Origin: Pyrodictiaceae archaeon
GTDB taxonomy: Archaea; Thermoproteota; Thermoprotei_A; Sulfolobales; WAQK01
DNA: 64,000 nt
NCBI GenBank assembly: GCA_015520265.1
Contig: WAQK01000025.1
Location: 9,901 to 73,900 of the forward strand
Direction: 5' to 3'
Shown: positions 26,442 through 35,724 of the stretch, piece by piece
Layout: every line of letters begins with the position of its first letter
How positions within the stretch are numbered: the first letter of the stretch is position 1
Notes under the pieces: model-generated
Database searches by the model: none
Told to the model about the DNA's origin: nothing
The model's input: only the letters and a program-made list of their open reading frames with translations
Translations under genes and position numbers: made by a program

Positions 26442-27167
26442 TTAAGATACGTTTCTTCGGCCCTTTAGGAGAACTCTTCCGAGATCCTCAACAATCTGGG
26501 GCCCCGTACTTGTCCCGATCCTGTTGGCGCCAGCCTCCAGCATAAGCAGCGCGTCAACAGCGGTCCTTATACCGCCAGCGGCCTTTACGCCCATCCTTTC
26601 GGAGATGGCCCCACGTATGATAAGTACATCCCTTACCGTCGCGCCCCTCTTCCCATAACCTGTATTAGTTTTAACATAGTCGGCGCCGACCCTTTCCACA
26701 AGTCTTGCAGCCTCCACTATCTCGTCGTCGTCCAGAAGACTGGTCTCAATGATTATCTTGACCACTGTGCCCCGCTCCTTGGCCAGTCTAGTGAGGACAG
26801 ACAGCTCCTCCTCAACCTGTCTTAGCCGTCTAGCCTTGAAGAGAGCCACATTCATTACTATGTCCACTTCTGCCACGCCATGGTTCAATACATGTTCCAG
26901 TTCAGCCTCCTTCGCCTTAAGGGGGGCGTAGCCGAAGGGAAAACCTATTACAGTACATATCCGTGCGTTTGAGATCGAGACGGCGTAGTCTACATACGTG
27001 GGTGGTACTACAGCGCAGGCGAATCCATAGCGCTCAGTCTCTCTGACAACCTTCTCGATCATTCCCGGCGTGGTCTCAGGCTTAAGCACGGTATGATCTA
27101 TAACTCCTGCAATACCCTTGGCTCCAAGCCTCTCGGCTTCCTGCCTGAGTCTTTCAGGGAGGCTCAT
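26442..27167 (-). CDS. deoC: Deoxyribose-phosphate aldolase
   Basis: IDHTVLKPETT, KIIIETS and VKAAGGIR class I aldolase motifs. Confidence 0.85.
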   Translation of the reverse strand: MSLPERLRQEAERLGAKGIAGVIDHTVLKPETTPGMIEKVVRETERYGFACAVVPPTYVDYAVSISNARICTVIGFPFGYAPLKAKEAELEHVLNHGVAEVDIVMNVALFKARRLRQVEEELSVLTRLAKERGTVVKIIIETSLLDDDEIVEAARLVERVGADYVKTNTGYGKRGATVRDVLIIRGAISERMGVKAAGGIRTAVDALLMLEAGANRIGTSTGPQIVEDLGRVLLKGRRNVS

Positions 27168-28456
27168 TCGATCCAGTCACCGGTCTCTATCTTCTCAGGG
27201 ATGTATTTGAATGCTAGGAATCTGAGGCCTTTACTGGTGAGGGCCTCTATCTCCAGCTTAGAGAGGGTTGCGAAGAATATGCCTACCTCACGTATCCACT
27301 CTGGGGTCTTGAACCAGTCATAGCCTGCATGCTTCTTCTTGGTTATCTGCTCCCTCTCCTTGCCACTTATCCTGAGCTTGGAGAGGACGTGGTTCTTGAA
27401 GGGCTTGAACACTTCTATACCAACGAGCTCTATTGCCCTGAGCACATCCTTGGGCTTGGCACGAATAATGTAGTTCCTCCTCTCCTTCGGGTCGAGGAGC
27501 GGCTTCTTACCTGTGAGCACTTTTTTGAGGCCCCTCTTGCCAAGGAGCTTTGCGAAGTTGTTAGCATATTTTTCGAGAACCTCATCCCCGAAGATGTCGC
27601 TGGGCATCACGCCTATGAACTTGGCCTGGGGTGTGGCTAGCCTCTCGCTCTCGTAGCTAAGGGTGACGGAGCCTATCTTGAAGACGCTGTAAATGTACCA
27701 TCCGTAGGGGTCCGCGTCGGCCAGAATGTAAACAGGCAGTCCGAGCTCCTCGTTGAGTCTGCGCACGAACCTCCTGGTAGCCCTGTCGGGCTGCCCGGCG
27801 CTGGTCACTAGGAGGGCCTTGTGCTGATCCCAGAACCTTATCCTGTGGAGCTGCTGGAACACCGCGTCCTTCTCTATGACTAGCACGTATTCAGCGTCTA
27901 CGTCGAGGAATTCTATTTGGTCGGGTGTGGGCTCTATGGAGTAGGCGCCATGCCCCATCCTGCTTAGATCGATCACGTCGCCGCCGCTCCTGATCCTCAT
28001 TCTGCCTACGACTTTACCCTTCTCTTTACTGAGTATCAGCATCTCCTCCCTGAGTAGCCCAGTGTAAGCCTCAATGTCCCTTATGGCCGCGTCGGATTCC
28101 CGCTGCTCGTCCCAGGTGTTCTCTTTCCCCTTGATGGTGTGCTTGCCCCTGTAGTACAGGTCCCTTATAGTAGGGTACTCGTTGTTCACCAGAGCCTCGT
28201 AGATTATGGAGGCCATGAGGACCGTCTGCATGAACCTCTTAGCCTCACCGGTGTCGAGGAAGCTCCTCTTAAGCTTCTCCGGGCCCAGGAGGAGAAGCTT
28301 CCTCTTGGCATCATAGATCGTGTTGCTGAGGGTCCTCTTGGGCATTATGAGGACAGGCCTCTCTCCCCTCTCCATTTGCTCCACTATCTCCAGGAACCTC
28401 TTCCGGATCACCTCGGCGGCCTTCATCCTCGCAGCCACATCAACGTCCTGCACCAA
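27164..28456 (-). CDS. top6A: DNA topoisomerase VI subunit A
   Basis: Spo11/Top6A-type sequence. Toprim region YILADADPYGWYIYSV. ATGA overlap with deoC. Adjacent to top6B. Confidence 0.9.
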   Translation of the reverse strand: MVQDVDVAARMKAAEVIRKRFLEIVEQMERGERPVLIMPKRTLSNTIYDAKRKLLLLGPEKLKRSFLDTGEAKRFMQTVLMASIIYEALVNNEYPTIRDLYYRGKHTIKGKENTWDEQRESDAAIRDIEAYTGLLREEMLILSKEKGKVVGRMRIRSGGDVIDLSRMGHGAYSIEPTPDQIEFLDVDAEYVLVIEKDAVFQQLHRIRFWDQHKALLVTSAGQPDRATRRFVRRLNEELGLPVYILADADPYGWYIYSVFKIGSVTLSYESERLATPQAKFIGVMPSDIFGDEVLEKYANNFAKLLGKRGLKKVLTGKKPLLDPKERRNYIIRAKPKDVLRAIELVGIEVFKPFKNHVLSKLRISGKEREQITKKKHAGYDWFKTPEWIREVGIFFATLSKLEIEALTSKGLRFLAFKYIPEKIETGDWIE

Positions 28457-28462
28457 GCCTTC

Positions 28463-30046
28463 TCACCTCGCCAGGCGAGTTTCAAGCTTGGCCAGCTGTT
28501 CCTCAGCTAGGCCTACATGCCGCCTTATGGTTTCCAGCAACATGTTCCTAATCTTCTTCTCGCCGTCGCTTTCGCCCATGAGGACTGACAGGCTCCTAGC
28601 GACCTCGGGCACGTATTTCAGGAAGGTCTCCACTCTGCGACGCATCTCCTCCTCCTGCCTCTTCTTGCTGAGGAACCTTCTGAGCCTGCGGGCAGCCTCC
28701 CTGACAGCGTTCCTTATCTCCTTCTCAATCTCAGGGACATCTGCAATGCTCTCCTTACCTACCCCCTTAAAGGGCACCTTGGTGCTGCAGACGTGGACCA
28801 GCACCACTAGGGGTGCAGGAAAGTTGACCAGATACTGCTTCCAATCAAACTTCTCAGGATCAATAACCTTCCACGCCACATCGGATTTCGTGTCGAAGAG
28901 CAGAGGGATCTTGTTAGCGTACCTTATGAGCTGAGGCTCCCTATCCGACTTAACGCCTCCGCCATATGCAATCCCCACCTCGATTATGAATGGGTGCCCG
29001 GAATAAGCCGAGGGCCTCCTGGTTACAGCGGCAACGAACTCGGGTCTGAAAACCCTCTCGAGGCCAGCCTTTATTATATCCTCACTGAAGGGTGAGAGCG
29101 AGTCGGCCCTGGGAGGCTTGAATCCTGTGTACTCTTTCAGTTTTCTCGCCAGCTTCTCGAGGCTCCTTACAGTCATCTTTCTGACGTCAGCCTTCGGGTC
29201 CAGGCCAGCCCATTCCAGGAAACGGTCAACCGTAACCTCGCCTATACCCTGGAAGCTTTCTATGAGGAATTCACGCAAGGTGGTAGACTTCGCGGAGGCT
29301 ATGAGGAACTTAAGCATCTCTATGTCGACGCCGTGAGGATGCGGTTTCACCGACTTGGGCGGAGGTGGGAGTTTCTCTATAGCCCTAAGATATCTTGTCA
29401 CCTTGCCGTCAGGGTCCCTGAACACTAGCTCAGCGTAGGGTGCGGCCACCGCCGTTTTCTCTATATAGTCGTAAATGTATTGTCTAGCCCTGGACCAGTC
29501 ACCCTCAACCGTAATGCTTACTATAGTGCCGTGCCATCTGCTATTCTTTCTCCAGCTCTTTTGTTCTAGGATTAAAGGTTTGTTCTGCTTGATATCTATA
29601 TTAAGCTTGAAGTAATATATTCTGCCCGAGACTATGGGCGAAGTTATGACCTCCACGGGTTTGCCTGTGGTTATCTGGCCGTAGAGAATGGCCATCTTGG
29701 CTCCCAGACCGTACATGCCCCTGGTCTGCCTGAGAACATACTTAGAGCTGAAGAGAACCTGGCCGAAGGCGCGTGGCACGTATTGGGGTGGTATGCCGAC
29801 ACCGTTGTCTTCCACAGTGACTATATAGTGGTTAGGGTTATCCCGAGACCTCTCGATGTAAAGCTTAATTATAGGGAGTATGCCGTGCGTGTCGGTGGCA
29901 TCGAGGGCGTTCTCAACTAGCTCTCTAACTGTCTGATAAAGAGCACGGGTCGGATTAGCGAAGCCAGCTATCTCCCTGTTTCTATAGAAGAACTCCGCCG
30001 CACTGAGGCTCTTAAAGGTCTCGGGCGCTGCCGCACCGCTGGGCAT
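28463..30046 (-). CDS. top6B: DNA topoisomerase VI subunit B
   Basis: GHKL ATPase motifs ELVENALDA, DNGVGIP and GLGAKMA. 527 aa. Confidence 0.9.
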   Translation of the reverse strand: MPSGAAAPETFKSLSAAEFFYRNREIAGFANPTRALYQTVRELVENALDATDTHGILPIIKLYIERSRDNPNHYIVTVEDNGVGIPPQYVPRAFGQVLFSSKYVLRQTRGMYGLGAKMAILYGQITTGKPVEVITSPIVSGRIYYFKLNIDIKQNKPLILEQKSWRKNSRWHGTIVSITVEGDWSRARQYIYDYIEKTAVAAPYAELVFRDPDGKVTRYLRAIEKLPPPPKSVKPHPHGVDIEMLKFLIASAKSTTLREFLIESFQGIGEVTVDRFLEWAGLDPKADVRKMTVRSLEKLARKLKEYTGFKPPRADSLSPFSEDIIKAGLERVFRPEFVAAVTRRPSAYSGHPFIIEVGIAYGGGVKSDREPQLIRYANKIPLLFDTKSDVAWKVIDPEKFDWKQYLVNFPAPLVVLVHVCSTKVPFKGVGKESIADVPEIEKEIRNAVREAARRLRRFLSKKRQEEEMRRRVETFLKYVPEVARSLSVLMGESDGEKKIRNMLLETIRRHVGLAEEQLAKLETRLAR

Positions 30047-30166
30047 GGCTACTCTCCCTCCCTAAAACACTTGTTTAGATCCGGTTACCCTTTAAACCAC
30101 GCAGGTTTATCAGCCGCGCACTAATATATTTTCGTCCCATCAATTTACAGTGGTTGACCGAAAATA

Positions 30167-31096
30167 TTAGGATAATAGCCCGGCAATGATTATCGGCACC
30201 ACAAGGGTAGCATCGGCGTAGACCACAACCCTCCTGGAGCGTGGTTTCACCTTGCCCCACGAGATGGCTTCCCTGGGATGTGCCCCACTAAGACTCCCGT
30301 CGTACTCCACAGCTGTGGTGACGTACACCACGTAGTCAAGACCATCCTTGAACTGGTTCCACCATATGGTGTGATGCTTGCTTATTCCACCCCCTATTAT
30401 GAGGGCTGCCGAGGTCTTCGCCGTGAAGACGAGGTCGGCCAGCTCCTTCATGTCGACCAGCAGGTCCAGCTTCACGCCGCTGGACTGGGAGTGCATGAAC
30501 AGGGCTGTACCGAAGCTGCCGTCAACGATGCCGGGCACGTATATGGGTGTCCTGGTCTCGTAGGCCGCCCTGAGAATCGAGTTCTCGTCATCTATCCTCT
30601 TGCCGAACTCCCAGAGAAGCTCCCTAACGCCCCACGACTTCTTCTCAGCAGCAAGCTCATCCATAATCTTGAACACCACGCGTTCTATCAGGGGGCCATA
30701 GCTCTTCACGGGTATGAAGACGTTGCCAAGACGGTGTACGCCTCTTTCGTGTAGCTGGGAGTCATCTGCCTCGAAGAACCCCTTGTAGTAGTCGCCGCCA
30801 AAGCTCCTCGCAATGTCGTGGTCCACGGCGCCGCACGTGGTTATAACCACGTTGAAGAGCCTCTCCCGTATAGCCTGGGCCAGAACCCCTCGGAGACCCG
30901 TGGATATGAGGTTTCCAGTGAATGAGAGGAAGCGGAGCTCGGCGCCCATACCTTCCCGGAGAACCTCTACAGCCTCAGCCAGGTGGCCAGCCATGAAGCC
31001 GTGTATCTTCCTGTAAAGTTCTATCAGCTCAGCCACACTCATGTCCGGCGAGACCTGGGCATCGGCAACCCTTTCAAACACATCATGGCCCTTCAA
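30167..31096 (-). CDS. Deoxyhypusine synthase
   Basis: 309 aa. FLSFTGNLISTGLRG, ITTCGAVDHD and GGGISKHH family-typical segments. Confidence 0.85.
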   Translation of the reverse strand: MKGHDVFERVADAQVSPDMSVAELIELYRKIHGFMAGHLAEAVEVLREGMGAELRFLSFTGNLISTGLRGVLAQAIRERLFNVVITTCGAVDHDIARSFGGDYYKGFFEADDSQLHERGVHRLGNVFIPVKSYGPLIERVVFKIMDELAAEKKSWGVRELLWEFGKRIDDENSILRAAYETRTPIYVPGIVDGSFGTALFMHSQSSGVKLDLLVDMKELADLVFTAKTSAALIIGGGISKHHTIWWNQFKDGLDYVVYVTTAVEYDGSLSGAHPREAISWGKVKPRSRRVVVYADATLVVPIIIAGLLS

Positions 31097-31677
31097 GGTC
31101 TGTCCCCTCCCCGACCTCCAAGCGCTGCCAGGTGTAAACTTATTTTCGCGAGATCCTCCAGGGCCTCCAGCGCATCAAGTGCCTCATAGACTCTTCTGCC
31201 CCACGCTACCACTCCGTGGCCAGCCAGGATCATAACACGGCACCGTTTGGCCTCCTCGCCCACCCTCCTTGCCAACTCGGAGGAGCCTGGAGGAAGCTCT
31301 TCGACAAGACCTATGCACTCGCCTATGGCATATCTCGACTCAACCGTGGAGGAGGGGGCTACTTCGAGGCCGGACATGTGGAGGGCCAGTGTGTAGGGGC
31401 TGTGGGCGTGGAGCACTGCCGCTGCCTCCTCCACATTCCTGTAGATTTCGAGATGCATCCGGTGCTCTATAGAGGGTTTCCCGGGGCCCTCAATCCGGCC
31501 TGTTGGGATATGTATCTTAACCAACACTCCGGGCTCCAGCCTGTGCTTGGCAACGCCGCTAGGCGTTATCCAGAAATACTCCCCAAGCCGCACGCTTCCG
31601 TTGCCGCCTTTCACGTTGATCAGGCCACGTGCGTGGAGCAGCGCCATGGCGTCTACAAGCTCCTCCAATGGATCCAA
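31093..31677 (-). CDS. Class II aldolase/adducin-family protein (fuculose-phosphate aldolase / MTRu-1-P dehydratase-like)
   Basis: NVKGGNGSVR, SIEHRMHLEIY and LHAHSPY metal-ligand His pattern. Confidence 0.75.
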   Translation of the reverse strand: MDPLEELVDAMALLHARGLINVKGGNGSVRLGEYFWITPSGVAKHRLEPGVLVKIHIPTGRIEGPGKPSIEHRMHLEIYRNVEEAAAVLHAHSPYTLALHMSGLEVAPSSTVESRYAIGECIGLVEELPPGSSELARRVGEEAKRCRVMILAGHGVVAWGRRVYEALDALEALEDLAKISLHLAALGGRGGDRP

Positions 31678-31688
31678 GCTACTCCCCG

Positions 31689-32846
31689 CTAGTCTAGACG
31701 CATTATTATGACTTTAAGATACCGTAGGAAATCATCCTGCGGCCTGCTCACGTGGTCAGGACTGGCACCGTGCATCCAGAGTATGGTCGCCTCGCGGCCA
31801 GCGCTACGTACAGCCTCCCCGATTAGCTGGAGGAACTCCTCTGGCCTCAGGAAGTAGCTGCACGACGAGGCTAGGAGTAGTCCTCCGGGCTTCACGCGGC
31901 GGGCAACAGCCTCGTAGAGTCTCCTGTAAGCCTTCATCCCGGCCCCCTTATGTTCCCGGCCAGGTATGAGTGCTGGCGGGTCAGCGACCACTATGTCGTA
32001 GTTCTCCCCGGTCTTCCTGAGGAAATCCTCCACTCTGCCAGCATGTATGGTGGCCTGGTCTCTCACCCCGTTAACGACCAGGTTCCTCTCAGCCATCTTG
32101 ACGGCCAGGGGAGACTCCTCGACCAGCACCGCTTCCTCTGCCCCAGCCAGAAGTGCATGCACGGCGAAGCCGCCAGTATAGCTGTAGAGGTCAAGGATCC
32201 TTGCACCGCTCCAGACAAGTTCGCCCAGCTTTAGCCTATTGATCCTCTGGTCCAGGAAAAACCCGGTCTTCTGCCCACGCTCCACGTCGACCCAGAACTT
32301 AGCCCGCCCCTCAAGTATCCTGGCCTCGGTTGGCCCTCCTCCTCTGAGCACACGTCTCTCCACCGGAAGCCCGGCCTCCCTGCGTGAACGCTGGTCATTC
32401 TTAAGATACACAAGCCTGGGCTCTAGCCTGTCCTCTATCCAGTCGGCCACCAGGTCCAGGTGCCTGTCAAACCCTAGGCTACTTGTCTGGACCACCACTA
32501 CGTCGCTGTAAACATCGATTATTAGGCCTGGCAAACGGTCGCCCTCAGCGTTGACCAGCCTATAGGAGTCCCAGGGTGCCAGGAGCCTTCGGAGCCTCAG
32601 GGCCCTGTCTAAGGCCTCATGGATGAGGTCACGCGGATCCGCGCCGCACTCGCCGCTCAGGATCCTGACGCCAACAGCGCCTATATCCTCGTAGAAGCCC
32701 GAACCTACACACTCCTCGCCGAGATAGATGTCCGCGAAGCCTCCCCGCACGGCCCCGACTGTGTAGTCTACCCATTTAGAGTAGATCGTGAGGAGCCCCG
32801 ACTCGACGAGCCTCCTAGCCCCCTCCTTGAGGTAAACGGCAGGCAT
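31689..32846 (-). CDS. PUA-domain SAM-dependent RNA methyltransferase (RlmI-like)
   Basis: LDLYSYTGGFAVHA (SAM motif I), VVADPPA (motif IV), and an N-terminal PUA-like region. Confidence 0.8.
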   Translation of the reverse strand: MPAVYLKEGARRLVESGLLTIYSKWVDYTVGAVRGGFADIYLGEECVGSGFYEDIGAVGVRILSGECGADPRDLIHEALDRALRLRRLLAPWDSYRLVNAEGDRLPGLIIDVYSDVVVVQTSSLGFDRHLDLVADWIEDRLEPRLVYLKNDQRSRREAGLPVERRVLRGGGPTEARILEGRAKFWVDVERGQKTGFFLDQRINRLKLGELVWSGARILDLYSYTGGFAVHALLAGAEEAVLVEESPLAVKMAERNLVVNGVRDQATIHAGRVEDFLRKTGENYDIVVADPPALIPGREHKGAGMKAYRRLYEAVARRVKPGGLLLASSCSYFLRPEEFLQLIGEAVRSAGREATILWMHGASPDHVSRPQDDFLRYLKVIIMRLD

Positions 32847-32931
32847 GGCGTGCCGGTTTTACTAAAAATCTTTCCATATTTAAACACCCATAGGACCCCG
32901 CTGTATACATTGAAATCGGTGAAAAACGGGT

Positions 32932-33354
32932 ATGAGGAAGAGGAGAGCCCTCTCACCCCTGGTGGCCACAGGGATCCTGATCTCCATAGCCGTTGTCGGC
33001 GGCCTAGTGCTGTACAACTACTTCTACAAGGCTATGGGCGGTGTCAGCAACGTCAACACCGTCGCCTTCACCGCTAAGGCCGTCGTGGTAGGGAGCAGCA
33101 GCATAGTGCACTACCAGGTGTGGAACACAGGAAGCAACGACGTAACGCTGCTCAGCATAGAAATTCACGCCAGCAACGGAACCACCGTAACGCTACCCAT
33201 TCAGGGCGTAACCGTTCCGGCCGGCGAGAGCTACTCGGGCAACCTACAGGCAGGGATCCTTGACCCTGCACTCGAGTATGTCGCCATACTAAACTACGAG
33301 GCTGGAGGCAACCAGGTCTCCACGGACCCGGTGAAGATGCTAGTTTCCGGCTAA
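32932..33354 (+). CDS. Archaeal type IV pilin-like protein (class III signal peptide)
   Basis: MRKRRA/LSPLVATGILISIAVVGGLVLY. A basic leader, a small residue, then a hydrophobic helix typical of PibD/FlaK substrates. Confidence 0.7.
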   Translation: MRKRRALSPLVATGILISIAVVGGLVLYNYFYKAMGGVSNVNTVAFTAKAVVVGSSSIVHYQVWNTGSNDVTLLSIEIHASNGTTVTLPIQGVTVPAGESYSGNLQAGILDPALEYVAILNYEAGGNQVSTDPVKMLVSG

Positions 33355-33421
33355 ACCTCTGTGGTCGCCGGGAGTATGTGAAATCCATCCCTGTTTTTCT
33401 CATCTCCTTCCTTCACCAGGG

Positions 33422-35722
33422 GTGAGGGGCATGCCGAGAAGCGAGGGCCGTGTGCCGGCAGTGGTGAAGCAGTGGATAACCCTGGGGTTGAAGCGTTACT
33501 ATCACGGCGACAGCGGCTCCGACCTTAAACCTGTCCACAGGTATAACGTAGGTCCTGTGGACGTGTACATAGTATATTCCGCCAGCACAGGAAGATACTA
33601 TTACTTCATAGATGAGCCAGAGCTACCTGAAGAGCTCAGAGATCCCCTAGAGAGGCTATTATCCGAGGCAGCCCTGGGCAGGCTCAGGCTAAAGGACGGG
33701 GTCGAGCACCTGGCGGAGCAGCTGGCCTCCAGGCACCCAGAACTTGCAGACGTGGCGGAGAAGCAGTACCCTGTTCTAACCTATTATCTCCAGAGAAGCC
33801 TGAGCGGATACGGCCCCCTATACCCGCTCCTCAAGGACAGCATGATAGAGGAGGTGGCGGTAGAAGCGCCCGGGATACCTGTCGCAGTTTATCACAGGCT
33901 CTATAGCGACGGGTGGATGGACACCAACATAGTGCTCGTCGAGGAGGAGCTCGACTCGCTTGCCCTCTCAATCGCCAGAAAGGCAGGCAAACATCTGAGT
34001 GTAGCTGTGCCACTTGCTGAGGGTCTAACGGAGGAGGGGCACCGGGTAGCCCTCACCTTTTCTCGGGAAGTCTCCCGGAGGGGGAGTAGCATAGTGATCA
34101 GAAAATACCCTGACAAGCCCTTAACGATCGTGGATCTGTTGAAGAGCAACACGCTCTCACCTCTGGAGGCCGCCTATCTCTGGATGCTCGTGGAAGCCAA
34201 GGCGTTCCTCCTAATAGTTGGTGGTATGGCCAGCGGCAAGACAAGCATGCTCCAAGCGCTCGCCACACTGATTCCCCCGGACCAGAGGATAGTTACGCTG
34301 GAAGATACGCCCGAGCTGAACCTCCCCCACACCCACTGGGATCCCCTAGTTACCAGGTACACCTACTTCTCGGAGACCTCCGCCAACGTCGACCTCCTGG
34401 CACTCGCCAAGTTCGCCCTCAGGAGACGGTCAGACTACATCATTATAGGAGAGGTCAGAGGCGAGGAGGCGCGCATGCTAGCCCAAGCCGCTGCCACTGG
34501 GCAGGGCTCTATGTGTCTAGAATACTCAGACAGAGTGCTAGTGAAGCAGAATGGGAATGCTAAGCTGATCCAAATAGGGGATCTAGTCGAGCACTGCCTC
34601 AGCATAGGCTACGGCTGCAACATGGAGATCCTTTCATTCGACCCGCTCCGCTGGAAGCCCGTCTGGGCCAGGATACGTAGATATGTGAAGACCTACACAA
34701 CCAGCTGGGTAGAAGTGAAAACCCTGGCCGGGCGGCAGTTTAGGGTCACTCCAGACCACCCGGTACCAGTGATAACCTCCGGAAACCCAAGCGTGAAACC
34801 TGCGTACAGGCTTAAGCCTGGAGACAAGATCCTGGTAATCGGCCGTCTGCCACCGACGGGGACCCGGCGAAAACAGGCTGGCACTACAGGTAGCGGGTAC
34901 AGACTAAAAGTGGAGCTAGCGGGTGCAACTAAGCGTCGTGAAGGCTCCATAGGCGCCTTGCTGGCCTCTAGGGATCCACAGCTCGTCGAGGGCTTCGCTG
35001 AATCCATCCTGGATACCGCCCAGAAGAGCGGGCCTGACACCTACAACTTCAAGGATATGGAGAAAGCATACCTGGCCCACTATGCTCTAAAACTCCTAGG
35101 CGTGGACTCAGCCATATCGGGGAACGGGGAACATGTTACACTGAAAATACTTCGTGGAGCCCGTAACGACGCACCCTTCCTGACCGACGTGATAACCGGT
35201 GTCAGGATAATTAGGCTGAACAGCAAGGAGCCAGCCTACGACGTTGAGGTCGATACAACCCATCTCTTCGTGCACGGGTCCTCCATCGTGACACACAACT
35301 GTACATTCCATGCGGATGGGGTAGAGTCCACTCTAGTCCGCCTATCCTCGCCGCCCATAAGTCTGGGCGAGTCCTTCCTCTCCCTCATATGGGCTATACT
35401 GGTGATGAGAAGGGTTAGGATTAGGGGCAAGGGGACGGTCCGCCGATTGATAGAGGTCGCAGAAATGGTTCCCACCAGTGGGGCTAGAACTGTGTTCGCC
35501 TGGAATCCTGAAACAGACCAGCACCTGCCGTCGACAGCAGAGGAAGTTGTAGGCAGGAGCTACAGGCTGAAGCAGGTGGCCAAGCTATATGGGTGGAGCA
35601 CAGAAGAGCTGGCGGCAGAGCTGGGCAAGCGCGAGCTGTTCCTCACCGCGTTGTCCAGAGGAGGCTCTCCCTCCTACCTAGACGTGGCCCGCGCTGTTGC
35701 AAGATTCTATGCGAGGAGGTAG
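33422..35722 (+). CDS. Type II/IV secretion-system ATPase (FlaI/PilB/VirB11/KlbA family) interrupted by an intein
   Basis: Walker A GGMASGKTSML and Walker B DYIIIGEVRGEEA. The extein sequence AATGQGSM | intein | CTFHADGVEST restores the conserved ATGH..T.HA box. Confidence 0.85.
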   Translation: MRGMPRSEGRVPAVVKQWITLGLKRYYHGDSGSDLKPVHRYNVGPVDVYIVYSASTGRYYYFIDEPELPEELRDPLERLLSEAALGRLRLKDGVEHLAEQLASRHPELADVAEKQYPVLTYYLQRSLSGYGPLYPLLKDSMIEEVAVEAPGIPVAVYHRLYSDGWMDTNIVLVEEELDSLALSIARKAGKHLSVAVPLAEGLTEEGHRVALTFSREVSRRGSSIVIRKYPDKPLTIVDLLKSNTLSPLEAAYLWMLVEAKAFLLIVGGMASGKTSMLQALATLIPPDQRIVTLEDTPELNLPHTHWDPLVTRYTYFSETSANVDLLALAKFALRRRSDYIIIGEVRGEEARMLAQAAATGQGSMCLEYSDRVLVKQNGNAKLIQIGDLVEHCLSIGYGCNMEILSFDPLRWKPVWARIRRYVKTYTTSWVEVKTLAGRQFRVTPDHPVPVITSGNPSVKPAYRLKPGDKILVIGRLPPTGTRRKQAGTTGSGYRLKVELAGATKRREGSIGALLASRDPQLVEGFAESILDTAQKSGPDTYNFKDMEKAYLAHYALKLLGVDSAISGNGEHVTLKILRGARNDAPFLTDVITGVRIIRLNSKEPAYDVEVDTTHLFVHGSSIVTHNCTFHADGVESTLVRLSSPPISLGESFLSLIWAILVMRRVRIRGKGTVRRLIEVAEMVPTSGARTVFAWNPETDQHLPSTAEEVVGRSYRLKQVAKLYGWSTEELAAELGKRELFLTALSRGGSPSYLDVARAVARFYARR
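34514..35299 (+). mobile_element. Intein (262 aa) inside the secretion ATPase
   Basis: Starts CLEYSDRVLV (Cys1), has block B TPDHP, ends SSIVTHN followed by the +1 Cys (CTFHAD). In frame with the host ORF (34514 and 35297 both checked). Confidence 0.8.
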
Positions 35723-35724
35723 CC

